From: an uncultured Eubacteriales bacterium
GTDB taxonomy: Bacteria > Bacillota > Sulfobacillia > Fermentithermobacillales > Fermentithermobacillaceae
Reading direction: 5' to 3'
Length of the DNA stretch: 64,000 nucleotides
Assembly (NCBI GenBank): GCA_964406505.1
Contig: CAYORX010000008.1
Span: forward strand, 859-64,858
In this document: positions 18,133 through 27,530 of the stretch, piece by piece
How the letters are laid out: each line of letters begins with the position of its first letter
Position numbering within the stretch: the stretch's first letter is position 1
Program-made: the position numbers and the translations under genes
Notes under the pieces: generated by a model
Told to the model about the DNA's origin: nothing
What the model saw: only the letters and a program-made list of their open reading frames with translations
Databases searched by the model: none

Positions 18133-18941
18133 TTTATCATCACTAAAACTTCTTCAAGATGTTCGAAATTAACAGCAGGTTTTACATGGCACTCTTTAAC
18201 CAACCCCGGCTTCGGAATATAAACATCAGTAACTTTTCCTATAAACAAGCCTTCAGGATAAATACTTCCAACCCCCGAAGTAAGTACATTATCCCCTGGG
18301 CGTACTTCGGCCGAGCGTAAGAAAAACCGCATGATTAAAGCATCATGCCCACTGCCTCCAATCACGACTCCGTAATCCCTTGAACGTAATATCAATGACC
18401 CAACTCCGCTTTCTGGATCTGTCAGTAACAATACTTGAGCACTATGAGCATCTGCCTTAATAACTCGCCCTACAAGACCTCCCTGAGCGACAACCGGTGC
18501 ATCTATAGTCACGCCATGATCTGTGCCTAAAGAAATAGTAATGGTAGAAAACCATTTACTTGGGTTTCGGCCTATGACATTAGCTGCTTTATATTCGTGT
18601 TCTAACTGTTCTTTGAATTCTAGCAGTTTTTTTAACCTTTGATTTTCGTTTTCAAGATCTTGCAAACGAGTTAGAAGTGCCTCTGACGAACCAAGTTTTT
18701 CTTGAAATTCCCGATTTTCTTCCCAAAGTTCTTTCTTTGAATAGAAAAATGCACGATATTCTTCGGATTTCTGTTTAACATTTAGGAAAACCTTTAAACA
18801 TGGCTCCACTCCAGTCCATAATAGCTTTTCCCAAAAAGATGGAGCGTCCTGAGAACTCCCTGTTACATTCATCAAAACCACCGAGGCGGCCACAAGAAGA
18901 ACAGAAGTAATAAGCTTCTTATATGGAAACAGCCGCCTCAA
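18129..18941 (-). CDS. mreC: Rod shape-determining protein MreC
   Basis: An N-terminal TM segment is followed by a coiled coil (LQDLENENQRLKKLLEFKEQ) and beta-barrel repeats (GGLVGRVI..., GLFIGKV). Confidence 0.9.
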   Translation of the reverse strand: MRRLFPYKKLITSVLLVAASVVLMNVTGSSQDAPSFWEKLLWTGVEPCLKVFLNVKQKSEEYRAFFYSKKELWEENREFQEKLGSSEALLTRLQDLENENQRLKKLLEFKEQLEHEYKAANVIGRNPSKWFSTITISLGTDHGVTIDAPVVAQGGLVGRVIKADAHSAQVLLLTDPESGVGSLILRSRDYGVVIGGSGHDALIMRFFLRSAEVRPGDNVLTSGVGSIYPEGLFIGKVTDVYIPKPGLVKECHVKPAVNFEHLEEVLVMIK

Positions 18942-18959
18942 TTAACGTCATCCTTCCCT

Positions 18960-19964
18960 TTAGCGTTTAGAAGAAGCTAACACTTTCCTCAACGTTTCAA
19001 TCTCTTCTAAAGCCTTTCCAGCACCTTTAACCACTGCATATAGGGGCTCATCCACCGTATGAACAGGCATACCGGTTTCCTGACTGATCAATCTATCCAG
19101 CCCCTTCAACATAGATCCGCCGCCGGTCATAACGATTCCTCGATCCATAATATCTGCAGCAAGCTCAGGAGGAGTGTTCTCAAGAGTTTCTTTCACAGCT
19201 TCTAAAATAGCATTTACAGGTTCAGAAAGCGCTTTACGTATTTCCCTAGAGTCTATACTTATAGTTCTGGGCAAGCCGGTAACGAGATCACGGCCTCTGA
19301 TTTCCATCGTCTCTTCCTGCTCTAGCTCGTGAGCAGAACCTATAGTAGTCTTTACTTCTTCAGCCGTCCTTTCACCGATAAGCAGATTATAGGCCCGTTT
19401 TACATAATTAACTACTGCTTCATCCATTTCATCTCCGCCAACCCGGATAGATCGCGAAGCCACAATCCCTTCGAGAGAGATCACAGCTACCTCACTTGTA
19501 CCACCGCCAATATCTACTATCATGTTGCCTGTAGGTTCGTTAACAGGCAATCCGGCGCCAATAGCAGCAGCCATAGGTTCTTCAATGGTATAAGCCTCCC
19601 GGGCGCCAGCTCTAAGAACTGCATCTAGCACAGCCCTTCTTTCAACTTCAGTACAGCCTGATGGAACAGCTACAATCACCCTAGGCTTTAAAAGCCCACG
19701 CCTGTAAGCTTTTCTAATGAAATGGTGCATCATAGTTTGAGTTATGTCGAAATCGGCGATAACTCCGTCCTTCATAGGCCTGATGGCAACAATATTGCCA
19801 GGGGTTCTACCTATCATTTGTTTAGCTTCGGTACCTACAGCAAGTAACTCTTTAGCTTCAGCGTGAATAGCGACAACTGAAGGCTCAACCAACACTATTC
19901 CTTTTCCCCGCAGGTGTACCAAAGTATTTGCAGTACCAAGATCCATCCCAATATCCCTGGCCAT
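18960..19964 (-). CDS. mreB: Actin-like rod shape-determining protein MreB
   Basis: Motifs present are [30 protein letters not shown] and [12 protein letters not shown] prefer the ATG at 19964 over the ORF-track start at 20012. Confidence 0.95.
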   Translation of the reverse strand: MARDIGMDLGTANTLVHLRGKGIVLVEPSVVAIHAEAKELLAVGTEAKQMIGRTPGNIVAIRPMKDGVIADFDITQTMMHHFIRKAYRRGLLKPRVIVAVPSGCTEVERRAVLDAVLRAGAREAYTIEEPMAAAIGAGLPVNEPTGNMIVDIGGGTSEVAVISLEGIVASRSIRVGGDEMDEAVVNYVKRAYNLLIGERTAEEVKTTIGSAHELEQEETMEIRGRDLVTGLPRTISIDSREIRKALSEPVNAILEAVKETLENTPPELAADIMDRGIVMTGGGSMLKGLDRLISQETGMPVHTVDEPLYAVVKGAGKALEEIETLRKVLASSKR

Positions 19965-20023
19965 GTATTTAAAAAGCCATTGCACCTTCTGCCACTCCCC
20001 TCTAAATTGCAAACGTCACAGGT

Positions 20024-20746
20024 TTACCAAGTAAACCATCCTGAAAGAGATTCTCTCATACTGACATATTGTCCATGTCCAATTACCACGTGATCCAATA
20101 CAGTAATTCCAACAATTTTACCTGCTTCTATAATTCGTTTGGTCATTTTAATATCATCATCGCTCGGTGCTGCCTCCCCGCTAGGATGGTTGTGAGCAAG
20201 AATTACAGCCGCTGCACTTTTTTTTATACAGTTTTTAAATATTTCCCTTGGGTGCACAATAGACGTATCTAAACTTCCAACAGATACTACTTCGTGATGA
20301 ATCAACTGTTTTCGCACATTGAGCATAACGACCCAAACTTGTTCCCGATCAAGATGTTCTATGTCACTTCTTAACAGCTCGTACACATCACGCCCACTCA
20401 GTATCGTTATCCGCGATTTCGGATATTCCAGCGCTTTCGTCAACCGTTTATGGATCTCAACACATGTTTTCAATCTAGCTGCTTTTGCTATGCCTATGCC
20501 CGAGAGCGACATGAGTTCTTGTTTGGAGCATTCTGCCAAAAACCTTAACCCGGGCCCATAATGGTTTTCGCCCCAATACAACATTCTTTTGGCGACATCA
20601 AGTGCGGTTTCTTTAGAATTCCCTGTACCTAATTGTATCGCTAAAAGTTCTGCATCAGATAAGGCTTGAGCGCCTAATTTAAACAATCTTTCTCTTGGTT
20701 TCTCACGATCTGGCCAATCTTTGATCGTTAATCTATTCAGGGTAAT
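20024..20746 (-). CDS. radC: RadC-family JAMM protein (UPF0758)
   Basis: The JAMM motif LAHNHPSGEAAPSDDD and the HhH region LSGIGIAKAARL are present. The conserved N-terminus (TIKDWPDREKPRERL) lies upstream of the first canonical start (TTG at 20686). An ATT at 20746 sits 5 nt after GGAGG. The minimal ORF is 20024..20686. Confidence 0.88.
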   Translation of the reverse strand: MTLNRLTIKDWPDREKPRERLFKLGAQALSDAELLAIQLGTGNSKETALDVAKRMLYWGENHYGPGLRFLAECSKQELMSLSGIGIAKAARLKTCVEIHKRLTKALEYPKSRITILSGRDVYELLRSDIEHLDREQVWVVMLNVRKQLIHHEVVSVGSLDTSIVHPREIFKNCIKKSAAAVILAHNHPSGEAAPSDDDIKMTKRIIEAGKIVGITVLDHVVIGHGQYVSMRESLSGWFTW

Positions 20747-20791
20747 GGCTACCTCCTCCTATTTTTCCCTCCGCAGCCATTCCTGAGATGC

Positions 20792-21391
20792 TTAAGTAAT
20801 GAAATTCACAATATCGATTCTGGCTTCCTTTAGTATCTCATAAAACTTCGGTAAGGGAAGCCCTATTATGCTGGTATAATCTCCTTTTATTTCTGTAACA
20901 AATAAAGCTGCCTTGCCCTGGATGGCATAACCGCCAGCCTTCCCTAATGGTTCACCAGTGCTTACATACCATTCGATCTCACAGGGCCTCATTTTACGTA
21001 TTGTTACAAGTGAACGATCAACTTTTGTGTAAGTTTTTCGCTCAAAAGGCTCGTACAAAGCGATACCTGTATACACTTCATGGGTTTTTCCGGATAGCTT
21101 CTTCAACATGCGCTCTGCATCTTCAAAACTTGCCGGCTTGCCGAAAACAAACGAGTCAAGGACCACAACCGTATCAGCTCCAAGCACCACATCTTGAGGG
21201 TATCGCTTGACCACATCGGCAGTCTTCTCTTTAGCAAATACTGTAACAAGTTCCTCAGCGTCCATTGGAGCATATTTAAAGCATTTTTCATCAAATTGGG
21301 AAGGTACTACCAATGCTTGTATGCCTATTGTACTTAGCAAATCTTTTCTGCGAGCGGAACCAGATGCAAGTATCAACTTCAAATATTTCAC
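20792..21391 (-). CDS. maf: Maf-family nucleoside triphosphate pyrophosphatase (septum formation protein)
   Basis: Motifs LILASGSARRKDLL, GADTVV and GGYAIQG are present. Confidence 0.9.
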   Translation of the reverse strand: MKYLKLILASGSARRKDLLSTIGIQALVVPSQFDEKCFKYAPMDAEELVTVFAKEKTADVVKRYPQDVVLGADTVVVLDSFVFGKPASFEDAERMLKKLSGKTHEVYTGIALYEPFERKTYTKVDRSLVTIRKMRPCEIEWYVSTGEPLGKAGGYAIQGKAALFVTEIKGDYTSIIGLPLPKFYEILKEARIDIVNFIT

Positions 21392-21633
21392 CTTCCAAGG
21401 ACCAATACTAAAATCAAAACAAGTATCGCGCCCGCTAAATTGAACTGAACGCTGAAACCTAAAGTCAATGACACTACATTAAGGTCCAAGTTAAAAGGAG
21501 GCTGTAATCCTATCGAAAAGCCTCGCGCAAGAATAGGTGCCACATTAGATAAAACTTCGCCTATAACGCTCCCAACAATTGCTCCGGTCAGCAAAACTAT
21601 GATCCACACCCACGCTCGGGACTGTCTCCTCAT
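21388..21633 (-). CDS. Small membrane protein (DUF4321-like)
   Basis: The product has two hydrophobic helices around GFSIGLQPPFNLDLNVVSLTLGFSVQFNLAG. It sits just upstream of maf-radC-mreB. Confidence 0.6.
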   Translation of the reverse strand: MRRQSRAWVWIIVLLTGAIVGSVIGEVLSNVAPILARGFSIGLQPPFNLDLNVVSLTLGFSVQFNLAGAILVLILVLVLGR

Positions 21634-21714
21634 GGCTTCTCCCCCCAAATTATACCAATATCAATATGCCCTGTTTTATCGTAGCTATGCTTTTAATTGA
21701 ACTCTGTTCAAAGG

Positions 21715-22764
21715 TTATTTCAGTTCAAACTGCTCTAACAACCCCTGGGTTACAATATTGCCATCTTGTTTCACATAAATTGCTCCAATTTCATCAAATT
21801 CTGAAATCAATTTTTGACTCTCATCAGGTCCCAATATAAATAGAATAGTAGAAAGCGCGTCTGCATCTGTAGACGAAGGTAAAAGTACTGTAGTTCCCCG
21901 ACAGGCTTGGGAAGGATATCCTGTTATGGGATCAATTATGTGGTGGAATATAGTACCATCCAAAACAAAATACCTTCTATAATCCCCAGAACTTACGACC
22001 GCCAAATGCTCGGCACTCACTACTCCTATAATTTCTTCAGGTTTTCTTGGATCAGTAACTCCAACCCGCCATAAAGATTTATCAGGTTTTTTACCACCTA
22101 AATAAACGTTTCCACCAGCGTTTATAAGGAAAGAGTCCACTTCAGATGCATAGAAAATTTCAGCCATTTTATCCACGGCATATCCTTTAGCAATGGCACC
22201 TAAATCGATCCCCATCCCTTTTTTCGGAAGAAAAACAGTAGAACGGTCAACGTCAATTTCCACTTGCGTGTAATCCACTAGGCTAAGGGCTTTCTCTATT
22301 TCTGCTTGATCCGGCAATTGTTTTTGCTCCTCAGACACAGACCATAATTTGATCAAAGGCAGAATAGTTGGTTCAAATATCCCTTCTGAAATTTCCGCAA
22401 AAAACAAAGATCTATCTATTACCGCTAGGGTATCGTCAGAAACTTCAACAGGTGATTCGCCCGCCATTTTATTTATCATAGAGATTTCGGAATCGTCTGC
22501 ATATGCATTGAGTAGCGAATCTAATCGACTGATCTCATCTGCAGCAAGAAGTACAGCTGACTCAGCCTCCGAACCATATGCCTTAATTTCAACATCCGTA
22601 TCCATTACACCAAAGATATGTTTTTCAACGATTGTATCCGTAGGGCCAAATAATGAACACCCATTTAAGCAAAACGACAAAACTATAAAAATACCGACCA
22701 ACCTACAAAACTCGTATCGCACAACCTTAAGCTCATACAGAAATTTGTAAAGCCGTTGAAACAC
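21715..22764 (-). CDS. apbE: FAD:protein FMN transferase (ApbE family lipoprotein)
   Basis: A lipobox (LNGCS) is present, with motifs GAIAKGYAVD and FHHIIDPITGYP. Confidence 0.88.
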   Translation of the reverse strand: MFQRLYKFLYELKVVRYEFCRLVGIFIVLSFCLNGCSLFGPTDTIVEKHIFGVMDTDVEIKAYGSEAESAVLLAADEISRLDSLLNAYADDSEISMINKMAGESPVEVSDDTLAVIDRSLFFAEISEGIFEPTILPLIKLWSVSEEQKQLPDQAEIEKALSLVDYTQVEIDVDRSTVFLPKKGMGIDLGAIAKGYAVDKMAEIFYASEVDSFLINAGGNVYLGGKKPDKSLWRVGVTDPRKPEEIIGVVSAEHLAVVSSGDYRRYFVLDGTIFHHIIDPITGYPSQACRGTTVLLPSSTDADALSTILFILGPDESQKLISEFDEIGAIYVKQDGNIVTQGLLEQFELK

Positions 22765-22785
22765 ATCCTACCCCCTATACATTAA

Positions 22786-22811
22786 GTCCGCCAAACCAAA
22801 CATCGGCGGAC
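22786..22811 (-). terminator. Hairpin GTCCGCC-N12-GGCGGAC between rnfB and apbE (possible weak terminator or attenuator)
   Basis: This is a 7-bp GC-rich stem read from the sequence. The downstream minus-strand tail TTAATGTAT is only weakly U-rich. Confidence 0.3.
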
Positions 22812-22876
22812 GTATATAACATGCCATATTTAGCTGCAACACAAATCTAGATACGGCAGCAAATATTTCGTACCTG

Positions 22877-23707
22877 TTACGACACTTGTTTTTGTTTATC
22901 TATTTTGGCTAGTTTTTCATCAATGATGGTCTTAGTAGGACATTTGGTAACACAAATCCCGCAATTATCGCATAATGAATAGTCAATTTTCGCCAAACTG
23001 TTATTATCCATAAATATAGCCTTTTGTGGACAAGAGCGAACGCAAAGTCTGCAAGCTATGCACCCTATCTTACAATACTGCCTAACTTTAGCACCCATAT
23101 CGTATGATCTACAAAGAATGTGTACTTCTTTATCAACGGGCACAAGTTCGATTATATTTCTAGGGCACGCCCTTACACAAGCGCCGCAACCTGTACATTT
23201 ATCTTTAATAACAACAGGTAAACCCTGGGGAGACATATACATTGCACCAAAAGGGCAAGCCTCTACGCAGCTACCAAGTCCCAAGCACCCATACGGGCAC
23301 CCATTTATTCCGCCAAGTTGATCTAAGGCTTTGCAATCCATAATCCCATCATACTCAGCAACGCACTTAGCATGTTCACAATCGCCTTGGCAATATACCA
23401 CGGCGACCATAGGATCAACTGCCTCATCATCAACCCCCATGATCGAAGCAATCTTTTGCGCGGTTGCACTTCCCCCGGGTATACAAGCATTGCAGGGAGC
23501 CTTACCTTCGTATATTGCAATAGCTAATCCAGAACACCCCGGGAGCCCACACGCACCACAATTAGCCCCAGGTAGTGCAGAAAGAATTGCAGCCACCTTA
23601 GGATCTTCTTCGACCTTAAACTTTTGAGCAGCAAACGCAAGTACTCCCCCGAATATAAGTCCAGCTACTCCCATCGCTAAAATCGCCTCTAGCATTTTTG
23701 CTCCCAT
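22877..23707 (-). CDS. rnfB: Rnf complex subunit B (polyferredoxin)
   Basis: An N-terminal TM helix is followed by several CxxCxxCxxxCP clusters (CTGCGACVRACP, CIACRLCVRSCP, CDNCGICVTKCP). Confidence 0.9.
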   Translation of the reverse strand: MGAKMLEAILAMGVAGLIFGGVLAFAAQKFKVEEDPKVAAILSALPGANCGACGLPGCSGLAIAIYEGKAPCNACIPGGSATAQKIASIMGVDDEAVDPMVAVVYCQGDCEHAKCVAEYDGIMDCKALDQLGGINGCPYGCLGLGSCVEACPFGAMYMSPQGLPVVIKDKCTGCGACVRACPRNIIELVPVDKEVHILCRSYDMGAKVRQYCKIGCIACRLCVRSCPQKAIFMDNNSLAKIDYSLCDNCGICVTKCPTKTIIDEKLAKIDKQKQVS

Positions 23708-23709
23708 CC

Positions 23710-24297
23710 TTATTTGACCAAGTTTTTAAACAACCCTGTAAACCCTAAAAATGCAAGTGACATAAGACCCGTCGAAATTAAAGCTAACGGAAAACCTTCA
23801 AGTACCGAAGGTACATCCATCAGTTCCCATCGTTCACGTATACCGGCAAATATTATTATTGCTAAACTCCAACCTAAAGCCCCTGCAAACCCGTTAAATG
23901 CACTAAGACCTACTCCATATAAATTTCTTACATTCAACATAGCTACTCCAAGCACAGCACAGTTCGTAGTAATTAAGGGAAGATATATCCCGAGAGCTTG
24001 ATACAAGTTAGGCAGGGTTTTCTTCATGAATATTTCAACTAATTGTACAAACGAAGCAATAATCAAGATGTATGCTATCGTTCGCAAATATTCAAGCCCC
24101 AGGGGACCCAAAACCAAATGTTCAAAAACGGCAGTAACTGCAGATGCTACTGTCATCACGAATATTACCGCGCCGGACATGCCCACGGCCATATCAAGAT
24201 TTTTAGAAACGCCTAAAAACGGACACAATCCAAGGTACTGCATAAAAATGAAGTTGTTAACTAAGACGCCGCCAAGAAATATTCCTAGCATTGACAT
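23710..24297 (-). CDS. rnfA: Rnf complex subunit A
   Basis: The 195-aa polytopic protein contains NNFIFMQYLGLCPFLGVS and ITTNCAVLG. Confidence 0.9.
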   Translation of the reverse strand: MSMLGIFLGGVLVNNFIFMQYLGLCPFLGVSKNLDMAVGMSGAVIFVMTVASAVTAVFEHLVLGPLGLEYLRTIAYILIIASFVQLVEIFMKKTLPNLYQALGIYLPLITTNCAVLGVAMLNVRNLYGVGLSAFNGFAGALGWSLAIIIFAGIRERWELMDVPSVLEGFPLALISTGLMSLAFLGFTGLFKNLVK

Positions 24298-24312
24298 TCA
24301 AAAGCCCCCTTT

Positions 24313-24972
24313 CTAACAGCTGCCATAACCAACATCAGAATTAGAGTTTTTGCGCTGATTCATACGAGCCGATGCTATATTAAACAGAGCCATTAGTATT
24401 CCCAAAGTTATAAACCCACCCGGAGGTGTCAGCATTACGGCAGCAGGTTCAAATAGAGGATTCGTTGGAAATACTACACTACCAACTGCAATTTGGCCAG
24501 TACCCAAAAATTCTCTTATAACACCTAACACCATCAAGTTTAGAGTAAAAGCCATTCCTGAACCTAAACCATCTGCTAATGAATAGATCACCGAATGCTT
24601 GTAAGCAAACGCCTCTGCACGATGAATAATCAAACAATTAACTACTATCAAAGGTACGAAGATACCCAGGATCTCATATATTGCAGGTAAATAAGCCCTC
24701 ATTAGCAATTCTACTATTACCACAGGCGTGGCGATAAAAATTACGAAGACGGGAATTCGTATTTCATCGGGAATTACTTTTCTTAAAACAGAAACAAACA
24801 CATTGGAAAACGAAAGCACGAATATTACGGCAACACCCATCCAAAATCCGTTCGTTAAAGAAGTAGTCACCGCTAATGTAGGACACATACCGATTGCGAG
24901 TTTAAAAGTTGGGTTTTCATCTAAAAACCCTTTGATAAAATCGTAGCTAAGAGATGCTTTGTTATCATTCAT
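24313..24972 (-). CDS. rnfE: Rnf complex subunit E
   Basis: Motifs NPTFKLAIGMCPTLAVTTS and IVVNCLI are present. An ATGA overlap links it to the rnfD stop. Confidence 0.9.
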   Translation of the reverse strand: MNDNKASLSYDFIKGFLDENPTFKLAIGMCPTLAVTTSLTNGFWMGVAVIFVLSFSNVFVSVLRKVIPDEIRIPVFVIFIATPVVIVELLMRAYLPAIYEILGIFVPLIVVNCLIIHRAEAFAYKHSVIYSLADGLGSGMAFTLNLMVLGVIREFLGTGQIAVGSVVFPTNPLFEPAAVMLTPPGGFITLGILMALFNIASARMNQRKNSNSDVGYGSC

Positions 24973-25958
24973 AGGGTTTCACCTCCAACCGCCTTTTTGC
25001 GAGCTCGTACATCATGTTCATAACCGTAATACCGAGGCACTACATATCTGTCAATTAGCGGGGTAACAAGGTTCATGAACAATATCGCATAGGTAACCCC
25101 TTCGGGGTATCCTCCCCACAACCTTATTACCAGAGTGATAATCCCTGCACCTATCCCCATATATAGCCGCCCTCTAGAAGTCACAGGCGAAGTTACATAA
25201 TCAGTGGCCATAAAAAAGGCTCCAAGAAATGCTCCGCCTAAGCATATTGCACCTAATGGATCACCTTGAAAAAACGTCCCTGGTGCCCCAAAAATCCACG
25301 TACCGATAGCTAAAGAACCCAGGTAACCTATAGGAATTCGAAAGTCTATCACATCTCTGATGACAAGATAAATTCCGCCAAGTAAAAGCGCAACAATGCT
25401 TGTCTCTCCGAGCGAACCGAGCCTTTGCCCCAAAAGCAGTTTGCCTAACGTTAAATCAGCTTGCCCTGTGCCATTGAAGGCGAGCAACGGTGTTGCAGAG
25501 GTAACCGCATCGTAGGTCATGGGGGTAACCCAATCTTGCGTCATATGCAAAGGCCAAGCAGCTAGCAAAAAAGCCCTAGCAGCAAGGGCTGGATTGACAA
25601 AATTAGTTCCCAAACCACCAAAAAGTTGCTTTACGATAATTATTGCAAAAACAGACCCGATAATTGGTATCCAAACGGGTACATTTGGCGGCAATGTCAA
25701 AGCTAGCAGTAAACCCGTGATCACTGCCGAATAATCGGTAATAGTTACGCTTCGTTTTACCATCTTTTGATAAATCATTTCAGAAACTACCGCTGAAACT
25801 ATTGATGTCAATATCACCAACAAAGATCTCAACCCGAATAAAACCGCTCCCGCTATCACGGCAGGGACAAGAGATATTACAACATCAAGCATAAGCCCCC
25901 GGACAGTTCTGGGATCTCTTACATGGGGTGACGATGTTATCAGCAATTTATCTTCCAT
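24969..25958 (-). CDS. rnfD: Rnf complex subunit D
   Basis: The polytopic protein starts SSPHVRD and carries the flavinylation-type motif DAVTSATPL (Dxx[ST][GS]A[ST]). Confidence 0.9.
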   Translation of the reverse strand: MEDKLLITSSPHVRDPRTVRGLMLDVVISLVPAVIAGAVLFGLRSLLVILTSIVSAVVSEMIYQKMVKRSVTITDYSAVITGLLLALTLPPNVPVWIPIIGSVFAIIIVKQLFGGLGTNFVNPALAARAFLLAAWPLHMTQDWVTPMTYDAVTSATPLLAFNGTGQADLTLGKLLLGQRLGSLGETSIVALLLGGIYLVIRDVIDFRIPIGYLGSLAIGTWIFGAPGTFFQGDPLGAICLGGAFLGAFFMATDYVTSPVTSRGRLYMGIGAGIITLVIRLWGGYPEGVTYAILFMNLVTPLIDRYVVPRYYGYEHDVRARKKAVGGETL

Positions 25959-25989
25959 AAGGTATGCCCTCCGTATTTATAAACCAGTC

Positions 25990-27330
25990 CTAGGTCTTCT
26001 TTTGGGAATTACGCTTCGATACATCTGCCTTGGCCATTCTTATCCATTGCATTAATGGTCTTTTAGCAGGACATATAAAAGTGCAAGCCCCACATTCACA
26101 GCAATCCATTACTCTATATTTTTCCGCTTCTTCAAAAAGTCCCCGCTCAGCGTAAGACGACATCCATACGGGTTGTAACCCCATTGGGCACACATCCACA
26201 CATTTTCCACATCGTATGCACGGCAAAATAGGTTCCTGAACAGTCTGATCTTTTGTGAACACCAATACTCCAGAAGTACCTTTCAAAATCGGAACATCAA
26301 GACTCTTAATTGCCGGACCCATCATCGGTCCCCCCATCACAACTTTACCAACTTCACCGGCGAATCCACCTGCTTGTTCAATCAAGTATGATACGGGTGT
26401 GCCGATCAAAGTTTTAAAGTTGGAAGGATTGGCGACCCCTTCACCGGTAACGCTTACAATTCTTTCGACCAAAGGAAGACCGGTTAACAAAGTCTCAGCC
26501 ATGGCAAAAGCTGTGCCAACGTTGGATACTATGACTCCTACATCAAGAGGTAATCCGTAAGTAGGGGGTACTTCTTTATCTAAAACCGATTGTATCAACG
26601 ATTTCTCCCCACCCCTTGGGTATCGAGCGGTAAGCACCGCAAGTTCGAGCCCACGGTAACCAGACATAGCGTTCTTCATACTGCTTATAGCATCAGGTTT
26701 ATTATTTTCTATACAAATAATTCCGCGCTTAACACCCGTCGCTTTCATAAATGCTTTAAACCCAAAAATCACCTTTTGGGCTTCCTCGATCATTAATCTG
26801 TCATCCGCAGTTATATATGGCTCACACTCGGCCCCATTAAGGAGGTAGGTATCTATAAGCTTGTCTTTAGGAGGAGAAAGTTTTACAGCAGTCGGAAACG
26901 CTGCTCCCCCCAGACCTACAAGACCACTTTCTTTGGCTTTCTCTATGATAGCTTCGACGGATATCTCGTCTAATTTTGATACAGTAGGCCACAGTTCTTC
27001 TAAACTTTCGTGTTCCCCGTCGGGTTCAATTATAATAGCTTCAGACATACAAGCTTTCACAGGCTGATACCTAGGTTCGATAGCCTTAACAGTTCCAGAA
27101 GTAGGAGCATGAAGCGCAGCACTTACATATCCCTGGGACTCCGCAATTACTTGCCCCCGTTTAACCGATTGACGCCGCTTTACCACAGGCACCGACGGTG
27201 CACCTGTATGTTGGGATAAAAAAAGCACAAGTTCATCAGGTATCCCGGCGAACTTTATCGGAGAATTCTCAGACAGCTCTTTTTTATGGGGTACATCAAC
27301 CCCTCCGAACATCTTTTTTATGATGTTCAC
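25990..27330 (-). CDS. rnfC: Rnf complex subunit C
   Basis: The N-terminus has FGGVDVPHKKE, followed by GLVGLGGAAFPT and two ferredoxin motifs (CIRCGKCVDVCP, CCECGACTFICP). A GTG at 27330 follows GAGGTGG by 5 nt. The ORF-track start is 27354. Confidence 0.9.
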   Translation of the reverse strand: MNIIKKMFGGVDVPHKKELSENSPIKFAGIPDELVLFLSQHTGAPSVPVVKRRQSVKRGQVIAESQGYVSAALHAPTSGTVKAIEPRYQPVKACMSEAIIIEPDGEHESLEELWPTVSKLDEISVEAIIEKAKESGLVGLGGAAFPTAVKLSPPKDKLIDTYLLNGAECEPYITADDRLMIEEAQKVIFGFKAFMKATGVKRGIICIENNKPDAISSMKNAMSGYRGLELAVLTARYPRGGEKSLIQSVLDKEVPPTYGLPLDVGVIVSNVGTAFAMAETLLTGLPLVERIVSVTGEGVANPSNFKTLIGTPVSYLIEQAGGFAGEVGKVVMGGPMMGPAIKSLDVPILKGTSGVLVFTKDQTVQEPILPCIRCGKCVDVCPMGLQPVWMSSYAERGLFEEAEKYRVMDCCECGACTFICPAKRPLMQWIRMAKADVSKRNSQKKT

Positions 27331-27446
27331 TTTTTCCACCTCAATTGCAGCCAATGATTATATGAATAAAGCGTCAACTTAAACAGAATTTGATAAAAAT
27401 ATCACTAATACTTTGAACGATTCAGATCGTGAATTACACAATGTTA

Positions 27447-27475
27447 ATTTTAGTGCTTAACCACTAAGACGTCAA
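27447..27475 (-). promoter_or_regulatory. Candidate sigma-70 promoter for the rnf operon (TTGACG-17 nt-TAAAAT on the minus strand)
   Basis: I read this from the reverse complement. The -35 element is at 27470..27475 and the -10 at 27447..27452, with a 17-nt spacer, about 115 nt upstream of rnfC. This is a pattern match only. Confidence 0.35.
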
Positions 27476-27530
27476 ATGATCAAATTGCCAATCAGTAGAT
27501 TTTAATACTCACTCAACAAGCTCAATTTAT

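Noticed and set aside
21715-25958. rnfG hidden as a fusion in ApbE, RnfD or RnfE
   Set aside because: All three have normal lengths and normal termini for their families. The rnfD/rnfE genes overlap by 4 nt, leaving no coding space.
27357-27362. Perfect TATAAT (minus strand) just upstream of rnfC as the promoter -10
   Set aside because: There is no acceptable -35 at 16-18 nt. TTGACG is only 9 nt away, and the hexamer at the right spacing is TGTTTA. It would also leave almost no leader. I kept the upstream TTGACG-17-TAAAAT as the better, though still weak, candidate.
27355-27530. Sigma-54 promoter (TGGCAC-N5-TTGCW) upstream of rnf or elsewhere near rpoN
   Set aside because: TTGGCAATTTGATCATTTGA on the minus strand has the GG but no GC at the -12 spacing. 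Other TGGCAC/GTGCCA occurrences (for example 44905, 32556, 21546) lie inside coding sequence without a matching TTGC element.
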